Below are positions 29,051 through 38,701 of a DNA stretch of 64,000 nucleotides, piece after piece. The first letter of the stretch is position 1. Each line of letters begins with the position of its first letter. The position numbers and the translations under genes were made by a program. The notes under the pieces are model-generated. The model was given only the letters and a program-made list of their open reading frames with translations. It was not told the origin of the DNA and searched no databases. The DNA lies in NCBI GenBank assembly GCA_963715045.1, contig CAVQRC010000016.1, forward strand, positions 1-64,000, given 5' to 3'. The stretch comes from Pirellulales bacterium. Lineage in GTDB: Bacteria > Planctomycetota > Planctomycetia > Pirellulales > Lacipirellulaceae.

Positions 29051-30571
29051 CTAGGCTCTACGGAGAGCCTCTTCCACGCGGCGGATGGCTTCATCGATGC
29101 GGCAGTTCTGGTCGGCCACGACGATGGCCTCGCCTTCCCGCATCCAGCGGTGAATCTTCTTCGAAGCCGCGATGACGCTGCTATGACTGCGGCGGCCAAA
29201 GTGCTGTCCGATCTCGGCGAGTGCCGCCCGCGTGTGCCTGCGGGCGAGGAACATGGCGAGCGTGCGGGCCCCGCTCACGGTTTGCGATTTCCTTGTCGAA
29301 CGAAGGCTGCCCGGCTGCACGCCGAACACGTCACAAATGGCTCGCTCGACATCGCCCAGACGAACCGGCCGGCTGTTTTCCTGAGCAATCTGAGCCAGGG
29401 TCCGCTCCGCGAGTGCAAGATCGAGCGGTCCGCCTTCGGCCTGACTGGTCAGGTTCAATCGTCGCAACGCACCGCGGATCGCCCGGGCATCGACGCCGAT
29501 CTGGGCAGCCACCTGTTCCAGGACCCCCGGTGGCGGATCGAGATCCAACCGGCGGGAATGGTGCCGGGCAATCTCCACCCGCGTCGCGTAGTCCGGGGGT
29601 TCGATCTCCGCGATCATCCCACCTTGAATCCGCGAATGCAGTTCCGGCCCCAGGGCGGCCAATTCACGGGGCGGAACGCGCGCCGAAAGCACGATCTGCT
29701 TGCCGTGCTGGATCAGCATGTCGATCGTGTGGAGTAGTTCATCTGCCGTCTTTACCTTGCCGATGAGAAAGTGAAGATCGTCCAGCAGCAATACGTCGAC
29801 GCCGCGATACTTCTGCCGCAGGCTGACCGTCTCTTTGCGAAACAAGGCATCGACAAAGTCGGACGTAAACTGTTCGGCCGTCAGATAACGCACGATCGAC
29901 CGCGGCGCCCGCGTCTTGATCTCCGTCCAGATCGCCTGGAGCAGATGGGTCTTGCCGACTGCGGTAGAACCGTAGAGCAACAGCGGCGAGGCATGCCCGG
30001 GCCGCTCGCAAACCATCGTCGCCATGGTGACGGCGAGCCGATTGGCAGGACCGACCGCGTAGGTCGCAAACGACTCGAACCGCCTCCGCGAGGGAGGCAG
30101 CCGTCCATCTCCCCGCGGCGACAGCTGCTGCTCGCGAGGAAACTTCTCGCTCGGTGCGGTCTTGGTCCGCACCACGGGCGGACCGTCGGCGACGGGCATG
30201 GCCTGTGGGTGCGGGTGATCCGCAGCGATCGGGTCCGAGGCCGCCGCCTTTGGATTGGCGGGCTCCAGAGTTTCGTCGACCATGAATCGCAGCAGGGCCG
30301 CGGGATCCACGTCGCGAACGGCTGCCTGCACGTCTTCGCGAAACTGCCGCTGCACGAGTTCGCATACAAAGGGACTGCGACAACGTACGAGAATCACCCC
30401 CGGCTCGACGGCAAGGCATGCCGATCGCTCAAACCAGACTCCGCAGCGTTCTGGACCAATGCGAAGCCGAAGTTGCGCGAGCACCTGCGAAACGATCTCC
30501 GTATCGCGTTTGGTCACTTCCTGTCCACTCCGTTGGTGCACGCGGCGATCGCTGGCGCAGAAGGACTGCAC
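29051..30571 (-). CDS. dnaA: chromosomal replication initiator DnaA
   Basis: AAA+ Walker A GSTAVGKTHLL, Walker B VLLLDDLHF, domain IV RRSHSSVIAA. GTG start. Confidence 0.9.
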   Translation of the reverse strand: MQSFCASDRRVHQRSGQEVTKRDTEIVSQVLAQLRLRIGPERCGVWFERSACLAVEPGVILVRCRSPFVCELVQRQFREDVQAAVRDVDPAALLRFMVDETLEPANPKAAASDPIAADHPHPQAMPVADGPPVVRTKTAPSEKFPREQQLSPRGDGRLPPSRRRFESFATYAVGPANRLAVTMATMVCERPGHASPLLLYGSTAVGKTHLLQAIWTEIKTRAPRSIVRYLTAEQFTSDFVDALFRKETVSLRQKYRGVDVLLLDDLHFLIGKVKTADELLHTIDMLIQHGKQIVLSARVPPRELAALGPELHSRIQGGMIAEIEPPDYATRVEIARHHSRRLDLDPPPGVLEQVAAQIGVDARAIRGALRRLNLTSQAEGGPLDLALAERTLAQIAQENSRPVRLGDVERAICDVFGVQPGSLRSTRKSQTVSGARTLAMFLARRHTRAALAEIGQHFGRRSHSSVIAASKKIHRWMREGEAIVVADQNCRIDEAIRRVEEALRRA

Positions 30572-30946
30572 AACCCCACCGCAGAACGCGGATGGGTAGC
30601 TCTCGCAGGTGTGCTATGGAAGACAACGAGTGACGTGTTGTCGGATCTTTCGAAGTTCCGCCACCACGCGTTCGTAATCAGTTCTTAACAACGCGGAGGG
30701 CGATTCTACGACTGCTAGCACCCCAGTAAAAGGTGGTCACCAGGATGAATTTCCAGTGGCCATTTCGTCTGCCCGACGACCGCTTGAATTCGTCGAGAAA
30801 ACAGCCTCGGCAACCCCCTTTCGCGGCAGCAAATTTTTTTTCCCTGCCGCGATCGCCCGTGGAAAACCTGTGAGTTGAAACCGTCCGTGTGCGTTGCGCG
30901 TCGCGTCGCGCGGTGCCATCTCCCAGCGCGAGTTTGCCTGGCAGCA

Positions 30947-31897
30947 TTAACCGTCGGCGGTCGCGAAACGTTTGAGCAGAATCTCGCGGCGATCCCAGGG
31001 GACGAAGTCGTGCGCCTGGTACACGTCGATCGCGGGCTGGTTGTCCACATCGACGGCCAATACCAGACGCGCACGGCCGAAATAAGACGCGATTGCGATG
31101 GCGTGTTGGACGATCACGTTGCCCCAGCCACGGCCGCGAAACTCGGGCGCGACCCCCATGTAGATCAGTTCCCAACTGTCAGTCGCCGGATGATCGGTCA
31201 GCAGCAAGACTCCCACGTCCTCGTTGGGCGAGGTCGCGATCAGCCAGCGGTCGGGAGAAAACACACCCGTTGCACGATAACCGGCAATGACGTCTTCGAT
31301 CGCGCGTGCCCCGCCGAGCCCGGGGCAATCGAGCGATTCACGATAGGTCGCTTCGATGACGGCGGCTAATCTTTCGGGATGGTCCGGGTCGAATGGCTCA
31401 AACGACAGAGGCGAATCGGGCAGCAGACTCGCGGATTGCGTTTCGCGGGCCAGGTACAGCAATTCGGTCAAGGTTGCGTAACCGGCTTCTTCGAGCAGGA
31501 TTCGCGCGTCGGCGGGACAATTCTTACTGACGACCTGTGCGATCGCCACGTCTGCGATGGCGAAATGATGGTTCGCGGCTTGGAGCAGTTTCCGCGACAC
31601 GGCCCGGCGATCATCGATCGCCGCGACTCCCGGCGGCCATAAGAGGCCCGTCTTCCCGGCCTGCAATTGCGCCCAGGTGCTGCCGACGACCTGGTCCTCA
31701 TAACGTGCGACAAGGAGCCCCTGGGTGTCGATTCCGTCCCGCGCGGCCGTTTCGGCCAGGTGATTCACCATCGCCGTTCGTTCAGCGGCCGGTATCGAGG
31801 TAAACACCAGCGACAGGGCGTCTTCGATTTCATCGCTGCCACAGGGCCCGATCGTAATGTCCGCCGCACTGCTCGCCATGCACAGAGAATACCGCAA
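30947..31897 (-). CDS. GNAT family N-acetyltransferase (tandem GNAT-like)
   Basis: ELIYMGVAPEFRGRGWGNVIVQHAI acetyl-CoA binding motif. Confidence 0.6.
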   Translation of the reverse strand: MRYSLCMASSAADITIGPCGSDEIEDALSLVFTSIPAAERTAMVNHLAETAARDGIDTQGLLVARYEDQVVGSTWAQLQAGKTGLLWPPGVAAIDDRRAVSRKLLQAANHHFAIADVAIAQVVSKNCPADARILLEEAGYATLTELLYLARETQSASLLPDSPLSFEPFDPDHPERLAAVIEATYRESLDCPGLGGARAIEDVIAGYRATGVFSPDRWLIATSPNEDVGVLLLTDHPATDSWELIYMGVAPEFRGRGWGNVIVQHAIAIASYFGRARLVLAVDVDNQPAIDVYQAHDFVPWDRREILLKRFATADG

Positions 31898-32075
31898 TTG
31901 GCGTCGCTGGGGCAGATCGGCCCGGGTGAGCTATACTTGGCGGCAGTTCATCGTTGCCGGAAAGGGCGGTGTGCGTCGGGCAATCGCCGGTGAGCGATCG
32001 AAGGTGGGACTTCAGGACAGCCGGGCGAACTGCGACTTGCGAAATTGGACGATGAACGTTAGCGGAGATCGAATC

Positions 32076-32711
32076 ATGTCAGGCCGAGAGATGCTGATTG
32101 GTTTCGGCGTATGGCTGGTGGCGGCGGTTTCTCTCGCACAATCGCCGCTTGAGCGACTCGAACAGGGACTGGGGACCGCCCCTCCCGCGGTCGACGACTC
32201 AGGGCTGACTCGCGATGCGCCGCTCCCCCCCGACCCCGGAACGAACCGGCAACCGGTTGCTGGTCAGGTGAGCGTGTATCTTGGTCTTTCGGCAATCGAA
32301 GATGTCGGCGGCATTCGCATCGAGGGAGTCGTTCCGGGCGGACCGGCGAGCCAGGGCGGCCTGCAGCCCGGCATGCAGATCCTCTCGGTTGGCCGACAAC
32401 CGGTGACCGCGATGCGGGATTTCGCCACGGTGCTGACCCGAGTCCAACCGGGTGACGCGATCGAGTTCGAAGTACAGGGACGCCCCGAGCCATTGGTCGT
32501 GACGGCCGCCGCTGCCGCCGACCGGCCGACCCTTCCCCGCAATGCTACTGATCGCGATTGGCAGCGTATCGTCGAACTCCTGGAAGCGCGCATCGAGGCA
32601 CTCGAGGGGCGTGTCAGAGTGCTTGAACTGCGAATTCGCGAACTCGAAACCACCGCATCCGGGGGCGGCCCCGCGACGCCCCTTTCGGAGAGTCCGTCGT
32701 CCCGGCCGTAG
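32076..32711 (+). CDS. PDZ domain protein with signal peptide and C-terminal coiled-coil
   Basis: IRIEGVVPGGPASQGGLQPGMQILSVG. Confidence 0.55.
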   Translation: MSGREMLIGFGVWLVAAVSLAQSPLERLEQGLGTAPPAVDDSGLTRDAPLPPDPGTNRQPVAGQVSVYLGLSAIEDVGGIRIEGVVPGGPASQGGLQPGMQILSVGRQPVTAMRDFATVLTRVQPGDAIEFEVQGRPEPLVVTAAAAADRPTLPRNATDRDWQRIVELLEARIEALEGRVRVLELRIRELETTASGGGPATPLSESPSSRP

Positions 32712-32762
32712 AATTCCCGCGACCATCCCCGCGGCAGATGCCGCCCGGCAAAAGCATCCACG

Positions 32763-34151
32763 ATGTCCAATAACCTGCTGAGTAAGATCCCCTCGGTCAG
32801 CGACCTGTTGTCTCGCGAGCCGTTGCGGCAATTGACCGATCGCGTCAGCCATCATGTGGTCGTCACGGGCGTCCGATCGTTTCTCGATGATATGCGTCGC
32901 GAGTTGAACGAGCGGACCGACGTCCACATTCCTCCTGTTTCCGAAATCGCCGAGCGGATTGCACGGCGAATTCTGATCGGCGACCAGCCTGCCCTCCGCC
33001 CGGCCGTGAATGCGACCGGGGTCTTGCTGCATACGGGCCTCGGCCGGGCGACGCTCGCCGCCACGGCAGTGGAAGCCCTGGTGGAAGCCGCCCGGGATTA
33101 TGTGAGTGTCGAACTCGATCTGAGTTCCGGCGCACGAACGCAGCGGATCGTGGCGGTCGAGAACCTGCTCCGCGAGCGTACCGGTGGCGAAGCAGCCGCG
33201 GTCGTGAACAACAATGCGGGCGCAACCGTGTTGACTTTGGCGGCCATCGCCGCTGGCCGGGAGGTGATTGTTTCCCGAGGTCAACTCGTGGAAATTGGGG
33301 GCAGCTACCGGCTTCCCGACGTGATGCAGGTCAGCGGGGCCCGACTTCGCGAAGTCGGTACCACCAACAAGACGCATCTGAGCGATTACGAACGTGCGAT
33401 TGGCGAACCGACGGCAGCCATTCTCCGTGTCCATCCGAGCAACTACCGGATTGTGGGATTTACCGCGACTCCATCCCTCAAAGAGCTGGTCGAGTTGTCC
33501 CGGGCCCACGACCTGCCGCTGATTGACGACATCGGCTCAGGTGCGTTGATTGATTTCGCTCGCTTCGGCGGCCACGACGAGCCAACCGCACCCGGCAGCA
33601 TTGACGCCGGCGCGAGCCTCGTACTGTTCAGCGGTGATAAACTTCTGGGCGGGCCGCAATGCGGGATTATCGTCGGCCGCCGTGATCTCATCGAGCGGAT
33701 CCACGCCCATCCGCTGGCTCGCGCACTTCGCGTCGACAAGCTGACGCTCGCCGCCCTGGCGGCCACGCTCCGCCTGTATCGCGACGAAGCACAAGCGATC
33801 CGCGACGTACCCCTGCTGCAGTTGCTCGCCACGCCGATCGAAAACCTGCGGGATCGGGCCCAACGTCTAGCGCCCCAGATCGCCGCCCTGCCAGCGGTCG
33901 CACAGGCCGAAGCCGTCGAAACCGAGGCCTTCCTCGGCGGAGGCAGCATTCCCAGCCAGAGTATCTCCTCGTGGTGCGTTTCGATCCAACCGGCTGGGAT
34001 GTCGCTCGATCAGCTCGCCCGCAAACTGAGGTCGAACGCCCCCGCCATCGTGGCCCGCGTCAGCGACGAGCGGCTGTTGCTCGATCTACGAACCGTCTTT
34101 CCTCGTCACGATCAGACGCTCCTCGCGGCGCTCGAGCGGATCACGCCCTGA
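32763..34151 (+). CDS. selA: L-seryl-tRNA(Sec) selenium transferase
   Basis: NATGVLLHTGLGRA, VVNNNAGATVL, VSRGQLVEIGGSYRLP, TTNKTH..DY, FSGDKLLGGPQCGIIVG (PLP lysine). Confidence 0.85.
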   Translation: MSNNLLSKIPSVSDLLSREPLRQLTDRVSHHVVVTGVRSFLDDMRRELNERTDVHIPPVSEIAERIARRILIGDQPALRPAVNATGVLLHTGLGRATLAATAVEALVEAARDYVSVELDLSSGARTQRIVAVENLLRERTGGEAAAVVNNNAGATVLTLAAIAAGREVIVSRGQLVEIGGSYRLPDVMQVSGARLREVGTTNKTHLSDYERAIGEPTAAILRVHPSNYRIVGFTATPSLKELVELSRAHDLPLIDDIGSGALIDFARFGGHDEPTAPGSIDAGASLVLFSGDKLLGGPQCGIIVGRRDLIERIHAHPLARALRVDKLTLAALAATLRLYRDEAQAIRDVPLLQLLATPIENLRDRAQRLAPQIAALPAVAQAEAVETEAFLGGGSIPSQSISSWCVSIQPAGMSLDQLARKLRSNAPAIVARVSDERLLLDLRTVFPRHDQTLLAALERITP

Positions 34152-34311
34152 ATCTCCCCCTGACTGAGCAGCCGTCGCGACGCATCCGCCATTGTACTGC
34201 GACCAGGCATTGATTAGATTCGCTGCATCAGAACGGCAGCGGAGATCGATCCGTGCGACCGCCGCTGTATCTTCCAGGCTGGCGATCTCTGGCCGGCACC
34301 TTGGAGTCGTC

Positions 34312-35262
34312 ATGTCGCCACAAATCAAATTGACCGACCAGTTCCGGTTGCTCATGCGTCAAGCCGTACGCATGTCGAAGGACGAGTCGGTCGACGCGAT
34401 GCTGCTGTTGCTGGACGGCCCCACCGACTGGGAAGAACTTCGCGGGTTGGCCGGAAAGCATCCCGTGCTGATTGCGGTCGAGAAGCCGGAGCATGGCGCC
34501 GGCGCGGCGGAGTTCGAATTCCCGGTAGTCGTCTTGAAGATGGGTGATGCATCGGTTCAGGAACAACTCGGTCAGGCCTTGCTTGAGGGCGTGGCTGCGG
34601 ACCTGCTTTCTACCGGTGCCCGGGTGCTGGCCGTGTACAGCGGGTACGAGGCCGGCAGCATCGACTCGTTGAGCTTCATCAATCTTGACGAGCACCTGGG
34701 TCGGCTGACGGTCCGCGATCTGCGGCGTCTGGAGACCAGCGTTCCCCTCGATACGCTCCGCATCGTCGTCGATCTGGCGGTGGAGATCGGCCGCGATGGA
34801 CGGGAAGGAAAAACGGTTGGGACGCTGTTCGTGGTCGGCGACCATCGGAGTGTGGCCAAGCACTGCCATCCGGTCGGTTTCGATCCGGTGAAGGGTTACA
34901 ACCGCAGGGATCGCAACCTGGACGATCCGAAGGTCCGCGAAGGTGTCAAAGAGGTGGCTCAGCTGGACGGCGCGTTTATCGTGTCGGCCGATGGAACCGT
35001 GGAAGCGGGAGTCCAGCATGTGGCAGCCCCGGCCGACGGCATCACGCTGAGCAAGGGTCTCGGCGCCCGCCACTGGGCCGCCGCGGCGATCAGCCGGGCG
35101 ACCAACGCGGTCGCCGTCAGCGTGAGTGAATCCAACGGCACCGTTCGCGTATTTCAAAATGGTGAAGTGATGCTCCGCATCGAACCATTCCGCCGCGCGA
35201 TGAAGTGGAAAGACTTCGGTATCCGACGGCGACTGAGCGGACGTGATTCTCCAGCCGCGTAA
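34312..35262 (+). CDS. diadenylate cyclase (DAC) domain protein
   Basis: LDGAFIVSADGTVEAG and GARHWAAAAISRATNAVAVSVSESNGTVRVF (DGA.I / RHRAA motifs) in the C-terminal half. Confidence 0.65.
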   Translation: MSPQIKLTDQFRLLMRQAVRMSKDESVDAMLLLLDGPTDWEELRGLAGKHPVLIAVEKPEHGAGAAEFEFPVVVLKMGDASVQEQLGQALLEGVAADLLSTGARVLAVYSGYEAGSIDSLSFINLDEHLGRLTVRDLRRLETSVPLDTLRIVVDLAVEIGRDGREGKTVGTLFVVGDHRSVAKHCHPVGFDPVKGYNRRDRNLDDPKVREGVKEVAQLDGAFIVSADGTVEAGVQHVAAPADGITLSKGLGARHWAAAAISRATNAVAVSVSESNGTVRVFQNGEVMLRIEPFRRAMKWKDFGIRRRLSGRDSPAA

Positions 35263-35333
35263 GTGTGCCTTCCAGGAAGCCGGCTTCGCGTACTGCGGTT
35301 CCGGTCCGGGCAGACCACCGAAGCAGCCGGGCT

Positions 35334-36041
35334 TCAGCGTGACCGGGCTGCCTGGATGACCGCCCGAGGCACGCCGATGTCGCACACGTGAACCACGCCC
35401 GCGTGCGTCGCTCCGGGCTGGCGGATCAGCCCCGGCTTGTTGGCGACGAACGTGCACGTGTGATCCGCCCGAATCGCCGCGCCTGGCGTCTGACCCGTAT
35501 CGCAGTCGACGCCGCTGGGAATGTCGATCGCCAGCTTTCTCGCCGGTTGCCGATTGAACCATGCGATCACCTCCGGGAGTGGCGACCGAGGCACTCCGCG
35601 GGCCCCCGTTCCCAGCAGCCCGTCGACCAGCCACGCGGCCTTGCCCGCTACCTGGTCCAGCCAGCCTGTGACGGATTCCTCGGACCCGTCGCTCGCTTCC
35701 GGCCTCCGCTGAACATCGCCACCGGTTGCGGCGAACAACTCGAGATTCCGCCCGGCTTCGGCCGAGTAACGCGTGGCGTCACCGAGCAGCACCACCACCG
35801 CTCTGAACCCTCGCACAGCGAGATGCCGTGCGATGACGAAGCCGTCTCCGCCGTTGTTGCCGCCTCCGCAGAGAATGGCCACGCCCTCCCCTGCCCCGAG
35901 CTCGCACAGGACGTCGGTACAGCCTCGCCCCGCGTTCTCCATCAGAACGTCGGGCAAGAACCCGAATGACTCGATCGCCAGCCGATCGACATTTCGAATC
36001 GTTTCCCGGTCCAGGGTCAGCGTGGAATCCCCCCGTGGCAT
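35334..36041 (-). CDS. NAD(P)H-hydrate epimerase (YjeF N-terminal domain)
   Basis: ILCGGGNNGGDGFVIARHL. Confidence 0.75.
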   Translation of the reverse strand: MPRGDSTLTLDRETIRNVDRLAIESFGFLPDVLMENAGRGCTDVLCELGAGEGVAILCGGGNNGGDGFVIARHLAVRGFRAVVVLLGDATRYSAEAGRNLELFAATGGDVQRRPEASDGSEESVTGWLDQVAGKAAWLVDGLLGTGARGVPRSPLPEVIAWFNRQPARKLAIDIPSGVDCDTGQTPGAAIRADHTCTFVANKPGLIRQPGATHAGVVHVCDIGVPRAVIQAARSR

Positions 36042-36275
36042 GGTCTCCTCCGTTTGCTTCGGGTACCGGCTGGGACTGATCCCGATAGAATGGAGCCCCA
36101 GTTGCTCGGCACGCGTGTCGAGTTTTGCGTACGATATCCCTCTCTGGCTTTCGCCAGCGGCAATGGCCGATCCTCGTCAGCGTGAGGTCATCGTGCATCG
36201 TTTGCCGGCTCCCACGACACGTGTTCAGCTCACAGGATCGCAGGTGGCGGTCCCCACCCGGAATCGGATTGCGTT

Positions 36276-37160
36276 ATGACCATTGATATTGCCGTGGTGC
36301 CGGTCGCCGGACATGGTACGCGACTTTTACCGGCTACCAAGAGCCAGCCCAAGGAAATGTTGCCGGTTGGCCGCAAGCCGGTCGTGCAGTACGTCATCGA
36401 AGAGCTCGTTCAAGCGGGAATTCAGCGAGTCCTGTTCGTGACCGGGGCCCGCAAGACGGCGATCGAGAATCACTTCGATGAAGACATCGAGCTGAACAAC
36501 TTCCTGCGTAAGACCGGCAAAGAAGACTTGCTCGCCGAATTGGAATTCGAGCGGCAGAATGTCGAGTTTTTTTACACCCGTCAACGGCGGCAACTCGGGC
36601 TGGGTCATGCTGTGCTGTGTGCCCGCTCGCTCGTCGGTTCTCAACCGTTCGCCGTCGCTCTGGGCGACTCGATCATCGGGATCGGTGCCAAGAGTGATAT
36701 CGTCGCCCGGATGCTGGAGCTTTACGAATCGCAGCACGCCGACATCGTGGTGGCCTTCGAGGAGGTCGCTCCGAGCGAGGTGTTTCGGTACGGCATCGCC
36801 ATGCCACGGGGCCCGGTCGGCGACGTGTTCGAACTGCAAGACGTCGTCGAGAAGCCCGAGCCCGACGAGGCACCCAGCAACCTGGCCGTGGCGGCGCGGT
36901 ACGTCTTCAGTCCGACGATCTTCGAGCACCTGTCGGAGACGCCGCGGGGAAAGGGAAATGAAATTCAACTCACCGACGCGATGAGCCGGATGCTGGTTCA
37001 GGGGGGCAAAGGCATCGGCCTGCGGCTCCCCCCCTCGGAAGCACGCTATGACATCGGCAACCACCAGAGCTATTACCGCGCCTTCATTAACTTCGCCCTG
37101 GCGGATGCGAAAGAGGGCGCCCGCCTCCGCGAATACCTCGAGACGCTGTTGCGGAAATAG
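36276..37160 (+). CDS. galU: UTP-glucose-1-phosphate uridylyltransferase
   Basis: VVPVAGHGTRLLPATKSQPKEMLPV. Confidence 0.85.
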   Translation: MTIDIAVVPVAGHGTRLLPATKSQPKEMLPVGRKPVVQYVIEELVQAGIQRVLFVTGARKTAIENHFDEDIELNNFLRKTGKEDLLAELEFERQNVEFFYTRQRRQLGLGHAVLCARSLVGSQPFAVALGDSIIGIGAKSDIVARMLELYESQHADIVVAFEEVAPSEVFRYGIAMPRGPVGDVFELQDVVEKPEPDEAPSNLAVAARYVFSPTIFEHLSETPRGKGNEIQLTDAMSRMLVQGGKGIGLRLPPSEARYDIGNHQSYYRAFINFALADAKEGARLREYLETLLRK

Positions 37161-37174
37161 GACCGCTCGGAACC

Positions 37175-38203
37175 ATGCAGATTATTCGCAAACACGGCTA
37201 TGCCCGCGCTGGCCTGATGGGCAATCCATCCGATGGCTATTACGGGAAAACCATCTCGTTGCTGATCCGGAACTTCAAAGCCACGGTCATCCTGTATGAG
37301 TGGGAGCAGATCGAAGTCCTGCTCAGCCAGGAAGATCACTCCTGTTTCGAGTCGATTGGCGACCTCGCCCGCGATGTTCGCCTGCACGGCTACTACGGTG
37401 GCGTGCGGCTCGTGAAGGCCACGATCAAGCGGTTTCATGACTTCTGCGTACAGCGGCGCGAAGCCGGAGAGCAGGGCTACGAACTCCACGATCGCACCTT
37501 CGCCATTCGCTACGAGTCGAACATCCCGCGGCAGGTCGGCCTCGCCGGGTCGAGTGCGATCATCGCCGCCACGCTCAAAGCACTGATGAAGTTCTACGAA
37601 GTCGAGATCCCGAAAGTCGTCCAGCCGTCGCTGGTGCTCAGCGTCGAGAACGAAGAACTCGGCATCGCGGCGGGGCTGCAGGATCGCGTCATCCAGATTT
37701 ACGGCGGACTCGTCTATATGGACTTTTCCGTCGGCGCGATGCAGCAGCATTGCGGTTTTGACTGCGGCGTCTATGAACCGCTCGATCCGCAACTGCTGCC
37801 GCCGATCTATCTGGCCTACGCCGCCGACGTGGGGGAGCCGACCGAAGTGCTGCATCGCCCGCTCAAGGCGTTGTACGACCGGGGCGATCCCCAGATTCAT
37901 CAGGCGATGGCCGATTTCGCCGAATACGCCCGGCAAGCCCGCGAAGCCCTGCTGGCCGGCGAACCCGAGCGATTCGCCGAGTTGATAAATCAGAACTTTG
38001 ACTTGCGGGCCAGGATCTGCAGCCTTCAGCCGGCCCACGTGAAGATGATCGAAGCCGCCCGCAGCGCCGGTGCCTCGGCCAAATTCGCCGGCTCCGGCGG
38101 CGCGATCGTCGGCACCTATCGCGACGAGGCCATGTTTCACGAACTCGACCGCAAGCTGCAGTCCCTCAACTGCCGCGTGCTGTGCCCGCAGGTGCAGAAG
38201 TAA
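37175..38203 (+). CDS. GHMP-family sugar kinase
   Basis: GNPSDGYYGKTIS (motif 1), GLAGSSAIIAA (motif 2). Confidence 0.6.
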   Translation: MQIIRKHGYARAGLMGNPSDGYYGKTISLLIRNFKATVILYEWEQIEVLLSQEDHSCFESIGDLARDVRLHGYYGGVRLVKATIKRFHDFCVQRREAGEQGYELHDRTFAIRYESNIPRQVGLAGSSAIIAATLKALMKFYEVEIPKVVQPSLVLSVENEELGIAAGLQDRVIQIYGGLVYMDFSVGAMQQHCGFDCGVYEPLDPQLLPPIYLAYAADVGEPTEVLHRPLKALYDRGDPQIHQAMADFAEYARQAREALLAGEPERFAELINQNFDLRARICSLQPAHVKMIEAARSAGASAKFAGSGGAIVGTYRDEAMFHELDRKLQSLNCRVLCPQVQK

Positions 38204-38309
38204 CTGCCTGAGGAAGGTCTCTGTCTGGGCGGAAGAACCGGTCGCCGGCAAAGCAGAAGCCACCCAGGCCGGGCCTGGGTGGCTTCGAGAGGCGGTGGGT
38301 CGTCAGGGC

Positions 38310-38549
38310 CTACCAGTTGTAGCAACCTCCGTAGAATCCGCCGTAGTACCCGCCATACGTCGGCACGTAGTATGACGGGGCGTAGAACTGGTACGCCGGA
38401 GCGTGACAGCCATAGTGGTAGGCCGGGGCGATGTGGTAGTTCGAATACCCGTAATGGCCGGCGTCCGAAGTCGTGGCACTGAAGTTCATGACCAACGCCA
38501 CAACCAACAACAATGCACCCACGCCCAGAAGTTTCTTCAGCGACATCAT
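38310..38549 (-). CDS. small secreted Tyr/Gly-rich peptide (79 aa)
   Basis: Signal peptide MMSLKKLLGVGALLLVVALVMNFSA. Mature part is YY/GG-rich with four Cys. Confidence 0.4.
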   Translation of the reverse strand: MMSLKKLLGVGALLLVVALVMNFSATTSDAGHYGYSNYHIAPAYHYGCHAPAYQFYAPSYYVPTYGGYYGGFYGGCYNW

Positions 38550-38701
38550 GATCAGGTTCCTTGTCGAGAGGGTCTTGTCTCGCTGAGGGCCAGACTACAT
38601 CGTCTTGACCCTTGCCAAGGTTCCAAGCGGGCGAAGTCGCGAGGTGTTACAGAATTTCCTGTGCCGGGAGCGCTCGCCCGGCGTGGCAGCCAGGACGACA
38701 C

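Noticed and set aside
30572-30946. oriC with DnaA boxes next to dnaA
   Set aside because: No TTATCCACA-like 9-mers were seen by eye; this cannot be settled without GC-skew.
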